From a virus (taxonomy: Duplodnaviria; Heunggongvirae; Uroviricota; Caudoviricetes), in the IMG/VR virus record IMGVR_UViG_3300045051_000909, positions 130,267-194,266 of that record: a DNA stretch of 64,000 bases. One strand, written 5' to 3'. Position numbers and translations under genes: made by a program. This document shows positions 1-9,937 of the stretch, in pieces (position 1 is the stretch's first letter; each line of letters opens with the position of its first letter). The notes beneath the pieces were generated by a model. The model searched no databases, had not been told where the DNA came from, and saw nothing but the letters and a program-made list of their open reading frames with translations.

Positions 1-652
1 TCTTGGCGGCACGCCGCGTGGTTCCGCCGGACTTGGTCACCCCCGCGAACGCGTCGAAGCCCCGCATGAAACTGACGGGTCCAGAAGCGTTGCCGCCACC
101 GGAGAGCTTCTCCAGGCGCGAACGAAGATTCGAGAGGTTCGTACCGGTACCGGAACCGCCCTTGAAGACCATGACCTCCTTCTTTGCGAGATCGGTGATG
201 GACTCCATGGTGTCTTCGACATGTTGAATGAAGCACGCCGATGCCTGCGGCTTCGCCACTACGCCGACGTTGAACCACACCGGGCTGTTGAAGCTGAACA
301 GCTGATTGACGAGCATGAACTCAAGCTCATCGTGAAAGATTTCAAGCTGGTCGACGGGAGATGCGGGGAAGATCCCCTGATCCATGGCAGCCTTGCAAAT
401 CGTCGATACGACGCGGTCGATCATCTGCTTGGCGGAGGTCTCCCGCTTTCCATCGACCACGCGGAAGTACTTGGATGCTACGATCTGTGCGGCGCGGTCG
501 GACCAGAACTCCGGGATTTCGACACCGCGCTGTTCGAACATGATGGTGCCATCGGGTTCCTTGATGATGGCATCCGTCTTGCGCCACTTCACGCGCTCCA
601 GCGGGCGAGTGTCACCCTCCTTGGTGAAGAGACGCTCAATCGTCAGATTCAT
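1..652 (-). CDS. nrdJ: Class II (adenosylcobalamin-dependent) ribonucleotide reductase, 5' part (runs off window)
   Basis: Not in the ORF track because it has no stop inside the window. Translated by hand from ATG at 652: MNLTIERLFTKEG...VEIPEFWSDRAAQIVASKYFR...FNSPVWFNVG...PQASACFI...GGSGTGTNLSNLRS...ASGPVSFMRGFDAFAGVTKSGGTTRRAAK, which are NrdJ motifs. Its ATG overlaps the RuvC stop (ATGA). Confidence 0.9.
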   Translation of the reverse strand, partial: MNLTIERLFTKEGDTRPLERVKWRKTDAIIKEPDGTIMFEQRGVEIPEFWSDRAAQIVASKYFRVVDGKRETSAKQMIDRVVSTICKAAMDQGIFPASPVDQLEIFHDELEFMLVNQLFSFNSPVWFNVGVVAKPQASACFIQHVEDTMESITDLAKKEVMVFKGGSGTGTNLSNLRSRLEKLSGGGNASGPVSFMRGFDAFAGVTKSGGTTRRAAK

Positions 653-1203
653 GTGTTGATGCTCCTGGGTGTGTAAGAGACAAGCGCGAGCCCTGGCTCC
701 TGTAGGAGCTTCTTCAGAACCTCGAGCTCCGCTCGCACAGTAACTGCTTCTTGGTGCTTCAGTGCGCGTGCGACCTGCGCCAATACGTAAGCGTCGCACT
801 CATCATTCTGATCAATATGCTGCTGCCACTTCTGTGCTACTAACTTCGCTACGCCCTCCTTGTCCGCCTTGGCATTACCAGCGAACTTCTTGAGTGAGGT
901 GGGCGGCACGGTGATGAGTGGAACTGCGTGCTGATGGCACGCCAACTTCACCATGCCTCCCGCCTCGCCCAAGTCGAACGGCCGGTTCACGGACTCAATG
1001 GAGTATCCCTCCATCGCCCCTTGTACCGGCTTCCACCGCTTTACTACGTAAACCACTTGATCGTAGATCATCGCCAGACGCTCACCCCCTCGAGCCTTGC
1101 CCGTGGGAACGTGCGTCAAGAAGACCGGGCGATGCGTCCCCTCTTCGAGAACGCAGATGCCGGGACTCCGAAGCGATTGGTCTACGCCCAAGTAGTACTC
1201 CAC
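649..1203 (-). CDS. ruvC: RuvC-like Holliday junction resolvase
   Basis: Acidic RNase H-fold motifs in RuvC spacing: YLGVDQS, AMEGY, PTSLKKFAG..KADK, NDECDA. Confidence 0.8.
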   Translation of the reverse strand: MEYYLGVDQSLRSPGICVLEEGTHRPVFLTHVPTGKARGGERLAMIYDQVVYVVKRWKPVQGAMEGYSIESVNRPFDLGEAGGMVKLACHQHAVPLITVPPTSLKKFAGNAKADKEGVAKLVAQKWQQHIDQNDECDAYVLAQVARALKHQEAVTVRAELEVLKKLLQEPGLALVSYTPRSINT

Positions 1204-1205
1204 GA

Positions 1206-3866
1206 CTACACCTCGATGTTGTTGGAAGTCTTAGGCGGCTCCGTCTTTTCCTGCCGCTCCTTCTTCCGAGCTTCCAGGTCTACCACAACCTCATCGGGGC
1301 CGCGTAGAGGGATTCCCTTCCAGGCGCGATGTTGCACGTTGCCGTAGCGAATTTTCACAGGCTGAATGTTGTGGGTCTCTGTTAGTGTCTGACCGAGACG
1401 ACTCTGACCACGCGAACGCATGTTATTGCGCCGACAGTAGTCGTTGTACACCTCTTTGAGGGTGCTGGAGAGGATGAAGTTCTCACCCTCCACCGTCACG
1501 AAGGCTTCACGCACCTTGCCGTTCTGGGCGGAGTCTACCCAGTCGTAGCTGACCGCGAGCCAGCCATCCTCAAGGATGGACTGAACAAACCGCTCATCGG
1601 AGTGCATGCTAGCTAGCATCATCGCTTCGCGTGCCTTAGAGATGTAGAGATCCCCGTACTTGATGACCGTATTGCGTGTGAGTAGGTGATCGAAGAAAGC
1701 TGCAACTTCGATCTGCGGACCAAGCAGATCATCGTAGATCTTGCTGGCCATCGCAGGGTCAAATCGTTCCGACCGGAAGACCGTGTAACGACGATCTCCA
1801 CGTTCGACGATCACCGGGCGGTCGTCGTTAGACGTGAACATGATGTTGAAGTTGTTCTTGACGAGTCGCGATCCCTGGAACTTTTGCTCAATTGAGATCA
1901 TTGGATCGGTGATCCAGGGCTTGACCTTATTCGCCGTTTCCATCGAACGATTGGTGGAAGAGACCACCTCGTTGGCCACGACGAACAACTTGTCCAGGAG
2001 CTCGCCGTTGAAGCGGTTGTCGAGCTCATTCTGACCGATGGTCACCACGTTGGCGTCACCATAGATCGCCTCCATGATGTTGCCCAACGTGCCCTTGCCC
2101 GAGCCGGGCGCACCGTGGAAGACAAGCGCTGTGCCAAGCTTGTACGGGCCGCCGATACGCTTACCTGTCTGATCCTTCTTGTGCAGTTCCTGGACGGGGC
2201 GAGCGAGCCAGTCAAGAACGAACTCCGCTCCCTTGGCGTCACCGCCACAGAGATTCAAGATGAGCGCGCGGATGTGATCCCACGCACCCGGCTTGGGCTC
2301 GAGCTTGGTCGGCTTGTACGTGTTGAAGATGTTGTCCTTGGGCCCATATACGAGCTCAACACCCGGCTGGGTCCAGACAGGCTTGCGGTAGAGGAACTGC
2401 GGCACCTTGGCCTTCCAACCCTCCTGCTTCTTACGCGGAAGACCCAGGCCGCTCAGATGCATCGAGAACGCGGCCTCGTCCATGTCGTGCCACTCGTTAT
2501 CCTCGTCCTTCGACATCCACTTCGACCGCTCCTTGTCGTACAGGTACTCATCAGGGTTGTGCTTGAAGATGGTGTCCCCACCCTCACCTTCCTCATCGCT
2601 AGAAGCCGCTTCGGATGACGGACTCGAGGGCGTCGACGACGGCGTCGGCGAGGCGGGCATCTTTTTCGGCTCGTTCGAGCTCGTCTCGGAGGCCTTGGAC
2701 TCGCAGCTGAGCTCCTGTGGCTTGGGCTCGGGCGAAGTAGAGGGCTGACTGTAGTCCGGGGCTGCCCCCGACTCCACCGGAGCTGCCGTAGGAGTGGGGG
2801 CCTGGACTTTTGGGTGTGCTGCCCGATCTCCTGGGCGAATCATCATACGGACGAGACCCAGCGGCGACTTGGCACCAGTTCCCAGGTCCTGACAGGCAGC
2901 CTCAGGTACACCGTTGAGTAGCAGGTGCTGGAAGGTCATCGGACCATACTGCGCGGCGGATCGGAGAGCATCCTTGAAGGTCTTTTGGGTCACGGTCCAG
3001 TCGTAGCGGCTGGGGTCAGGCTCAGAGACTTTATGGAAGAGCTCAGCCCCCGCATCATGCATGGACTCGTCTTCGAGGACAGCGGCGGCGATGTTGGTGG
3101 CGATGCCGCGCCACGCTTCCCGGCTTACGTCGGCGGGGTGTTCCATCGCCCACTGGATGATGGGGAGTTCTTCCAGCTTCTCGAGAAGGAGCGTGGCGTC
3201 TGCTGGGCGGTAGGCCCGCCGTGCCTCAGCGGGTGCGCGGTGTGCTCCCTGGCGCTTGACCGCGCGCTCAATGGGCGTGCTCTCCGGGGGCTGGTAGTCG
3301 GCGGGAACGACGGACATAGACAGCAGCGGTCCGTCGAGAGGGCGGATCCACGCATCGGCCTTCGCTGACTCATCGGGTGCGCGCGGGAGGAAGAAGAGCC
3401 GGTCGGGGTTCTTACCGGACGGATCAGCCTTGCGCTCTGTGAGCTCGTAGAACCACCACCAGAGCCGCCGGTGATCGTTCATCGAAATCGGCTCCGCCAA
3501 GGGGAGCAGGACGCGGAACTTCGGGAACGCAGACGTGTGGGAGTAGCTGGAGTGAGCGACGCCTTTGAAGGGTAGCTTCGCCAGGAGTGCATCGACGTCG
3601 ACGCGCTCGAGGACCGTCTTTCCGTCGATCTTGTACTTGCCGTCGAAGTCCAGCGCAAGGCCGGTGACTTCCTGGACGTTCTTCTGCTCGAGGCGTGCGC
3701 CTTCACGGAAGGTAGCGAGGATGACCGCTGTTCCATCTTTCGGGCCTACGAGATGGCCACGTTTGATCAGCTGCTGTACGAACCCCTCCGGGGTGTTTTG
3801 GAGTGACTGATAGTCATCCTTGATCGATGCGGACTGCGCGATGGTGAAGTGAAAAGTAGAAGCCAT
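1206..3866 (-). CDS. AEP/PrimPol-type primase fused to SF3 (D5-like) helicase
   Basis: N-terminal LDFDG, HSSYSH..KFRVLLPL, DPSGKNPDRLFFLP; PriCT-like helical region; P/S/E-rich linker; Walker A HGAPGSGKGT and Walker B-like VVANE. Start placed at MASTF. Confidence 0.8.
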   Translation of the reverse strand: MASTFHFTIAQSASIKDDYQSLQNTPEGFVQQLIKRGHLVGPKDGTAVILATFREGARLEQKNVQEVTGLALDFDGKYKIDGKTVLERVDVDALLAKLPFKGVAHSSYSHTSAFPKFRVLLPLAEPISMNDHRRLWWWFYELTERKADPSGKNPDRLFFLPRAPDESAKADAWIRPLDGPLLSMSVVPADYQPPESTPIERAVKRQGAHRAPAEARRAYRPADATLLLEKLEELPIIQWAMEHPADVSREAWRGIATNIAAAVLEDESMHDAGAELFHKVSEPDPSRYDWTVTQKTFKDALRSAAQYGPMTFQHLLLNGVPEAACQDLGTGAKSPLGLVRMMIRPGDRAAHPKVQAPTPTAAPVESGAAPDYSQPSTSPEPKPQELSCESKASETSSNEPKKMPASPTPSSTPSSPSSEAASSDEEGEGGDTIFKHNPDEYLYDKERSKWMSKDEDNEWHDMDEAAFSMHLSGLGLPRKKQEGWKAKVPQFLYRKPVWTQPGVELVYGPKDNIFNTYKPTKLEPKPGAWDHIRALILNLCGGDAKGAEFVLDWLARPVQELHKKDQTGKRIGGPYKLGTALVFHGAPGSGKGTLGNIMEAIYGDANVVTIGQNELDNRFNGELLDKLFVVANEVVSSTNRSMETANKVKPWITDPMISIEQKFQGSRLVKNNFNIMFTSNDDRPVIVERGDRRYTVFRSERFDPAMASKIYDDLLGPQIEVAAFFDHLLTRNTVIKYGDLYISKAREAMMLASMHSDERFVQSILEDGWLAVSYDWVDSAQNGKVREAFVTVEGENFILSSTLKEVYNDYCRRNNMRSRGQSRLGQTLTETHNIQPVKIRYGNVQHRAWKGIPLRGPDEVVVDLEARKKERQEKTEPPKTSNNIEV

Positions 3867-3897
3867 GGGGTTGACCACGGGGTTACGGGTGAGTGGA

Positions 3898-4419
3898 CTA
3901 CTTGTAAAGGGATGCGAGCCACTGCTTCGCGGGCATCTTGCCCTTGCGCATATTACAGGACTTGCAGCAAGGACGGAGGTTCGAAAGGATATTCGGACCG
4001 CCGCGACAAACCGGAATCAGATGATCGAAGTTCTCAAACGGTTTTTGATGATAGTATGCGCACAGGCCGTCGTATACGAGAGCGCGTCCGAGCAGTTTAT
4101 CCTGTGTGATCTGTGCGTTCGCCGGGGACTTCATCAGCAGCGCACGCCACGTAGTGCGAGACTTGCGTGCCTGGTGTTCGATCAGCAGCTTCAACTCAGA
4201 TACCGTAGGCGACCGCTTCTCTACGGCTAGCCGCTTTCTGAGTTGGCGACAGACATGTTCGAAGACAGCGGGCTGATGTAGGCAGGTCCAGCAGTGGGGG
4301 AGTGCTCGAGGAGCGGTTTTAATGCACTCCGCGATAGCTTTGATCGAACAAGTCCCGATCACCACACCGGGTGCTGGTGTTGACAACTTAGGGGCAGGTA
4401 GGTAGTGTTGGGCGTGCAT
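3898..4419 (-). CDS. HNH endonuclease
   Basis: C-terminal LCAY...DHLIPVCRGG.N..SNLRPCCKSCNMRKG. Confidence 0.8.
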   Translation of the reverse strand: MHAQHYLPAPKLSTPAPGVVIGTCSIKAIAECIKTAPRALPHCWTCLHQPAVFEHVCRQLRKRLAVEKRSPTVSELKLLIEHQARKSRTTWRALLMKSPANAQITQDKLLGRALVYDGLCAYYHQKPFENFDHLIPVCRGGPNILSNLRPCCKSCNMRKGKMPAKQWLASLYK

Positions 4420-4602
4420 AGAGTGAACCCTCTTTCACTCGGCCGAGGCCCCGGGCGTTCCCAGCGTCGCGGGGCCATCTTTTTGGCATCTCCATGCCAG
4501 CCGACGTCCCGGTACCCTACCACACCGCTAATCTACGCGACAAGCCTCCATCACACCTACATATACCTACTGGTACTTACACATACCCACATGTCCGTAG
4601 CT

Positions 4603-4932
4603 GTGTGAGACGCACGCTGAGACGCGCGTGAGACACGCAACCGGGGACTTGTTTTTGTAAATGATGTCATGCAGTTAGCGGGGATTTGGTGGTCGCGTGA
4701 GACACGCAACCCCTAATATCTTTACCCGGTGACTTTTACGCCACTCTTTCCACCTGTAGATCCTTCCACCCTGTCTTACTACCTTCCTTTCTCCTTACAT
4801 TACCTTCAACCTTTGTGTGTCTCACTTGTCTCACGATAAGCTAACTAGGTAATAAGATTAACGAAAGATGTAAGACATGCAGTGAGACACACGCAAAATT
4901 TGTGTGTCTCACGACCCGGTGCGTGTCTCACG
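4603..4932. repeat. Iteron-like TGAGAC/GTCTCA cluster, candidate replication origin
   Basis: TGAGAC at 4606, 4618, 4629, 4698, 4883 and GTCTCA at 4819, 4828, 4906, 4925. Exact 18-mer CGCGTGAGACACGCAACC at 4625 and 4694. 11-bp inverted repeat at 4882-4912. Pyrimidine/AT-rich core. Confidence 0.6.
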
Positions 4933-4988
4933 ACCTCCTGGACGGCCACAGGTAACTCCTGAAGGTGGGGCAGCGCTCCAAGGCCGTC

Positions 4989-4994
4989 TATACT
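4989..4994 (+). promoter_or_regulatory. Putative -10 box TATACT
   Basis: Same hexamer recurs ahead of plus-strand units at 11571, 14609, 27917 and 38023. Confidence 0.45.
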
Positions 4995-5052
4995 GATGTC
5001 GGTCGCAGGACGGGCCGTTTCCGGCCGCCTGGCGCGCTGCTTGAGGGACCTC

Positions 5053-5415
5053 ATGGACCTATCGCATACGCAGACTCGGAGCATCGTCGGGACCGGCTAC
5101 CGCGTCCGCGACGTGGTCACCGCCACCACCGGAGGCATGAAGTCGGAGGTCTTCGTCTTCAAGGTCGCCGACGACCGCTTTAGCCGAGTCGCCTCCCCCA
5201 GCGACCTTGAGGAACTACCGGCCGCCAAGGCGGATGCTATCGCTGCGGGTAAGGATCACTACCGCCTGGCAACGGTGACGCAGGACTTCCCGCTGCTGGT
5301 AGACGCGGTGGACTTCGGCGCCTACATCAAAGCTCGCTTGAAAGTTCTCGTCTCGGAGTACAATACTGCGGTCAGCAGTTTCGTAGGCGAAGACATCGCG
5401 ACAGTTACCCCGTAG
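5053..5415 (+). CDS. Hypothetical protein (probable virion/late)
   Basis: ORF with GAGGGA RBS before ATG 5053; similar in style to the N-terminus of the next gene. Confidence 0.6.
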   Translation: MDLSHTQTRSIVGTGYRVRDVVTATTGGMKSEVFVFKVADDRFSRVASPSDLEELPAAKADAIAAGKDHYRLATVTQDFPLLVDAVDFGAYIKARLKVLVSEYNTAVSSFVGEDIATVTP

Positions 5416-5424
5416 CGAGGGCGC

Positions 5425-6471
5425 ATGGTTCTCACCACTATCTCGCAGCTGTGTCAGGCAGTCACTGACCTGAATGGTCAGCTTCGCTTCAAGATCGACA
5501 GCACGGTGATCCTGGTCGCCCCAGGAGACCTTCCGCATGCCGAGATCTTTGTCATGCGCATCAACGCAGCCACGGATCCGAAGGCTGATACGTTCATGCG
5601 TATCGCCACGGTCCTAGACCTGACGACTCTGCGTACGACGCGCGAAGATGCAGTGAGCATTGGCGCCACGGCGTATCTCACCAGCACCTTCTCGGTTTCC
5701 TACCCTGATCTGAATCAGGCAACCGAAGCCAAGAAGTTGATCCAGGCACGCATTGATCGTCTGATCGCCGATTGGAAGAAGTACAACACGGCGTTCACAG
5801 CGAACAGCACCACGAATTTCCCGATGGTGCCGACCAACATCATTCAAGCGAAGATCGACGCTTTCAGCGCTGCAAAGATCGCGCTGACGTCGGCTGACGC
5901 AACCAAAGCTGCGGCGGACGCTGACTGGACGCTCAAGGACGCCTTGGCCACCAGTGCTAACAACGCCCTGGTCACGGCGACGCAAGATAGCATCAAGTGC
6001 TCTACGCTCTCGTCTTCGCTTGGCGCGATCATCACCGCAGAGAGCACTTTCCGTACTGCCGCCGGAACACTGCTAACAACACTCGGTACTCAGCTACCCG
6101 CGGTACGCGACATTCAGGTTCAGCTGGAAGCCATCCCTCAAGCGTCTACACAGGCAACGGATCTCGACACAGCCTGCACTGCCCTCGAGACCGCGCAGGG
6201 GCTGTTCGCCACTGCTAAGCTTGATGAGTACACCACAGGCGCTACGGCTCTTGCGGGTCTGAGCGCAGCCCTGAGCACCAGCTGTGGAGAGAAGACGGCA
6301 GCTCTCAACAGCGCCGCGCTGGCCAAATCAAACGCCGACGCTGCGAAGGCCACCGCCGGGACGACCAAGGCGGTCGCCGGGGCGGCAGCCTCCGCAGCGC
6401 AGGCAACGTATGACGATGCGCTTGCAGCTGTACTCGAGGTCTGCCCTACGTTCGATCCGAACAGCGTTTAA
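5425..6471 (+). CDS. Ala/Thr-rich coiled-coil protein, probable virion component
   Basis: 348 aa with GAGGG RBS and a long helical Ala-rich C-terminal half. Confidence 0.6.
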   Translation: MVLTTISQLCQAVTDLNGQLRFKIDSTVILVAPGDLPHAEIFVMRINAATDPKADTFMRIATVLDLTTLRTTREDAVSIGATAYLTSTFSVSYPDLNQATEAKKLIQARIDRLIADWKKYNTAFTANSTTNFPMVPTNIIQAKIDAFSAAKIALTSADATKAAADADWTLKDALATSANNALVTATQDSIKCSTLSSSLGAIITAESTFRTAAGTLLTTLGTQLPAVRDIQVQLEAIPQASTQATDLDTACTALETAQGLFATAKLDEYTTGATALAGLSAALSTSCGEKTAALNSAALAKSNADAAKATAGTTKAVAGAAASAAQATYDDALAAVLEVCPTFDPNSV

Positions 6472-7802
6472 CGCGGAGCCCGTTCGACTTTGATCTGGTC
6501 CACGGGCGGCGCACCGACGGCATCGAAGAACTCCGCCCAACTCGAGATGGTGCGGGTGGTCCAGATGCCGCGTCGTCCGCGCAGTCCGAGTTCGACGCCG
6601 CTGTACAACAACTTGCGGTAGCCGATCTTGTCATAGTAGGAGCCGAAGCCCGCGGAGCGCCGGCGTAGTGTTTCATGTTCGAGAGTCGCCAGCCAGAGTG
6701 CGTAGGCTAGGTCGGAGACCGGCTTGATTTGCGCCTCCCGCTTGCGCTTGGGCAGGCCGAATGCCTCGGCGACTTGTGCGTAGGTCGGCCAATCCCTCTC
6801 CAGATCGGCTGAGGTTGCATTGCGGGATGCGGTAATTGTGATCTTTTCACCGGAGCCCCGGTTTTCACGCCGCCAGTGATATGCCATATGCAGGTTGAAG
6901 CCATCGAGGATCACTTTACGCCGCCCAAGCTGAGTCTCCAGGCCAGACTGCTGTGCGATGAGCATGACTTGCCAGGGAGCGTAGCCACTGTCCTTGAACT
7001 GGTCCTTGCGCTCCTCAATCACCCACTCCGTGATCTCTTCATCTGGTGGGAACCGTCCATCGCAGTACCAGTGGCGGTAGTTCCACTGACATGCTGATTT
7101 CTGCATCGGACAGTTGGCGCACTGCTCCTTTTTGAACTTGACTCGATCTGCGCGGGTCACAGCGGCCTTCTGCCGCAGCTCGACCCAACGTTGGATCTGC
7201 GTGAAGTCCTGATCAGTCCAACTGCGATTGGCCGGAGCAAAATGGTCGTACCGGTCTGACTTGGTCAGGACTGGCGAGATGTACGTGAAGCCCGCGATCT
7301 GGGTTTTTCGATTGCGAAAGCCAGTGATGACCTCTTCCTGATCCGTGTTGGTTTCGGGAGCAGCATCCTTGTAATTCTCGAGCAGCCGCCCAGCACAGGT
7401 CTTCCCTCGGTCCGGGCACTTCAAACAACCTACCGCGCGAAACAATGAAAGGCAGGTATCATAGAGTCGCCGATTGGAGAGGGGCACCAATTGCCAGCCC
7501 TTAAGACGTATGAGAACGGGTGGATCATCCAGTGTGGCGCTATCCGGCGGAGGCACTGACTCACCATCGTCGTGGACAAGGATTCGGTCCTTCTCCCCGG
7601 GAACAAAGTGGACGAAGTAACCGCGGGGAAAGAGTCCCCGGTAACTCTCATCTTGGGCGATTCGTTCCTGGTCCTCGAGCGACAATGGATATTCGTCGTC
7701 AGACCCGAAGACCAGGACCGGACTGCCGGTACGATTCCAGTGTATTCGGTGCCACCGTGTTTCGGATGGCGGAGCTGTGTTGGCAACCGTGAAGTACTTC
7801 AT
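6468..7802 (-). CDS. Cys-rich hypothetical protein translationally coupled to the RT
   Basis: 444 aa; ATGA overlap with the RT stop; Cys clusters CLKCPDRGKTC and CANCPMQKSAC-x8-C. Confidence 0.75.
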   Translation of the reverse strand: MKYFTVANTAPPSETRWHRIHWNRTGSPVLVFGSDDEYPLSLEDQERIAQDESYRGLFPRGYFVHFVPGEKDRILVHDDGESVPPPDSATLDDPPVLIRLKGWQLVPLSNRRLYDTCLSLFRAVGCLKCPDRGKTCAGRLLENYKDAAPETNTDQEEVITGFRNRKTQIAGFTYISPVLTKSDRYDHFAPANRSWTDQDFTQIQRWVELRQKAAVTRADRVKFKKEQCANCPMQKSACQWNYRHWYCDGRFPPDEEITEWVIEERKDQFKDSGYAPWQVMLIAQQSGLETQLGRRKVILDGFNLHMAYHWRRENRGSGEKITITASRNATSADLERDWPTYAQVAEAFGLPKRKREAQIKPVSDLAYALWLATLEHETLRRRSAGFGSYYDKIGYRKLLYSGVELGLRGRRGIWTTRTISSWAEFFDAVGAPPVDQIKVERAPR

Positions 7803-9043
7803 GTGCTGACCTCTTCATCGGATACAGCGAGCATGTCCGGCTCGTTATTCACCTCAAAGGTCTCAGACGCCTCATGAAGTGTGCGCGCATGGCTGTAGAT
7901 CAAACGTAGCTTGTTGGCTCGCTCCGGGGCCACCATTGCGAAGTAGGCGATCTTTCCCGCGATCCAGCTGTGCAACTGCCCGACGCTTTCCTTCTTGGCC
8001 CGTTTCACCTGGGCCTGGAAACCATCCTTGACGCAGTTGTGCAGCAGCGAGCGGAACTTACGGTAGCTCTCGCGCGGGATGTTCACCTTCTGATTGAGCA
8101 CGATGCCGAGAATCTTCTGTCGGCGATTGGGACGCTGGACATGCAGCTTCCTGCGGTTTACGCGGTAACCCGCGTCCACCACCACCTGGGTGATGGTCGC
8201 GATGACCTTGTCGACCTCTTCGCGGGAAAGGTTTTCCGGATGCGAGAAGTAGAGGTCATCTGCGTAGCGGGAGTATCGCCAGCCCGGCAACGCTTTCAGC
8301 AGTGGACCATCGAGTTTCCAGTCAGCGACCAGGTTGCAGATGTCACCACTGGCCAGCGAACCCTGGGGTACCCCGCTGTACTTCTTCTTGGTCTTGGGAT
8401 TCTCCAGAGTCACCGTTAGCAGTTGCGCGAGCAGGCCAGAGACGTAGTGGTTGTACCCCACGACCTCATGGAAGTACTTGCGGATGAACGAGCGCCGTGT
8501 GGATGGGAAGAAGTCCTTCAAGTCCATATGGATCTTGACGCCACGTCGGGTGCAATCATGCTTGGGCACGGGCTGGCATGCCGGACAGGTAGTTGTTCCT
8601 GTTCGGATCAGCTGATACCCCTTCCCGCTGGGCTCGAGGGTAGTCTGACAGGTATGCGGCTGATCAGACTTGTCGCAGACCTCACAGCTGAACAGATGCT
8701 GTTTCGCAGTGTCGCGGGTGGACTTACCCACCTGATAGGCACCGACGTGAGGTCCAAGCTGCTCACAGAGCGGAAGCAAGATTCGCGACCGCACTTGTTT
8801 GGTGATGAGCCGCATGATTGGAGACGGGTTGTGTACGGTCCGCAGACCCCCGCTGGCCTTCTTGATCTTGAAGACCTTGTACTGCTTGTCGCGGTTGTTC
8901 AGGATGAACCACAGAGCCCGGCCTGTGAAGCCCAATCGGAAGGCGAGGGTCCAGTCATCGATCACCAGCGGCAGTTTGTCGAGCTTGATTTTTGGGGGCT
9001 CGAACTCGATGCGTTCGAGCTTAGTCGTCTTGAAGGTCGCCAC
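7799..9043 (-). CDS. Retron-like reverse transcriptase with zinc-finger insertion
   Basis: YKVFKIKKASGGLRTVHNP, TAKQH (NAxxH-like), DLKDFFPS, GVPQGSLASGDICN, YSRYADDLYFS, GYRVNRRK, QKILGIVLN (VTG-like region Y). Confidence 0.92.
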   Translation of the reverse strand: MATFKTTKLERIEFEPPKIKLDKLPLVIDDWTLAFRLGFTGRALWFILNNRDKQYKVFKIKKASGGLRTVHNPSPIMRLITKQVRSRILLPLCEQLGPHVGAYQVGKSTRDTAKQHLFSCEVCDKSDQPHTCQTTLEPSGKGYQLIRTGTTTCPACQPVPKHDCTRRGVKIHMDLKDFFPSTRRSFIRKYFHEVVGYNHYVSGLLAQLLTVTLENPKTKKKYSGVPQGSLASGDICNLVADWKLDGPLLKALPGWRYSRYADDLYFSHPENLSREEVDKVIATITQVVVDAGYRVNRRKLHVQRPNRRQKILGIVLNQKVNIPRESYRKFRSLLHNCVKDGFQAQVKRAKKESVGQLHSWIAGKIAYFAMVAPERANKLRLIYSHARTLHEASETFEVNNEPDMLAVSDEEVST

Positions 9044-9686
9044 GGGACATCATCTCCTCGATCTCGGGTTCCTGGATATTGGGCGTCGGATCCGGCTTGT
9101 CGAGCCCATCCTTGAAGTAGTTGAACATCCCCAGGCTTAGATTCTCGTAGCAGATCTCCTGACCTGGATGACATTCCCCGTTTTGGTGGTTGATGTAGCG
9201 TGCGCACATGACACACACGGGACGGATGTTCTTCTCCGGTGTCTGGAGATAGGTGAGTGTCGGGAACGGCGAGACCCTGCCAGGCATCTTCTCACGGCCA
9301 CGCCGCCCTACCCGTCTGTACTTGGTGCGGTACCACTCAGACGCTGCGAGATAACGCGGTACCGCGTTCTTGATGAAACGGGTGAGGATCGGAACTGCCA
9401 TGACCCATTCGTTCTCATCGAGCAGCTTCTGCCATTCCTTCTGGGCCAACTTGCTCACCTCGAGCTCATCGTCATCACGCTCGAATGTGCGGTTGATGAA
9501 CTCATCGGGCATCGCACTCGTGCTGAGCATCGTCTTTAGCGGGCCCTCGACAGGCATGATCAGCGCGTACCGGAATAGCTGCTTCAGGCACGCATGTTCG
9601 CCATGCTTGACGAGGTAAACGCGATCAAACGGGAAGCCGCTGCCAACGACTCCCCGTTTGATGCGTAGGGTGTAGATCTCTGCCAT
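9021..9686 (-). CDS. Hypothetical protein with C-terminal Cys cluster, overlapping RT start
   Basis: 221 aa; CVMC-x10-C-x6-C; overlaps the RT start by 23 nt. Confidence 0.7.
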   Translation of the reverse strand: MAEIYTLRIKRGVVGSGFPFDRVYLVKHGEHACLKQLFRYALIMPVEGPLKTMLSTSAMPDEFINRTFERDDDELEVSKLAQKEWQKLLDENEWVMAVPILTRFIKNAVPRYLAASEWYRTKYRRVGRRGREKMPGRVSPFPTLTYLQTPEKNIRPVCVMCARYINHQNGECHPGQEICYENLSLGMFNYFKDGLDKPDPTPNIQEPEIEEMMSRGDLQDD

Positions 9687-9937
9687 TACGTCTCCTCGGC
9701 GCCCGGCGGCGGCCGGTATTCGCCCCAGCCCATGTGCTGGTGGTACTTCTGCTGGATTTCCGTCCAGTTCTTGCCTTCGATGGTGCAGCAGTACTTTCCC
9801 GTGTCGCCGTACATCTCGCGCATGATCTGATCAACTTTCTTCTTGTTCTCGTCGAGCTCCGGGGTCCCGACGGGGTCGAGTCCTTCACAACCGCCGTACT
9901 CGTCGTCGGGACCCCAGCTCCAGTGCTCAGCTTTCAT
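9686..9937 (-). CDS. Small hypothetical protein
   Basis: 83 aa; overlaps both neighbours in an operon-like chain. Confidence 0.6.
   Translation of the reverse strand: MKAEHWSWGPDDEYGGCEGLDPVGTPELDENKKKVDQIMREMYGDTGKYCCTIEGKNWTEIQQKYHQHMGWGEYRPPPGAEET

Noticed and set aside
7799-9043. DGR or group II intron RT
   Set aside because: It has retron-type PQG and region X/Y motifs rather than the DGR SQ motif. I saw no TR/VR pair, maturase/endonuclease domain or intron RNA space.
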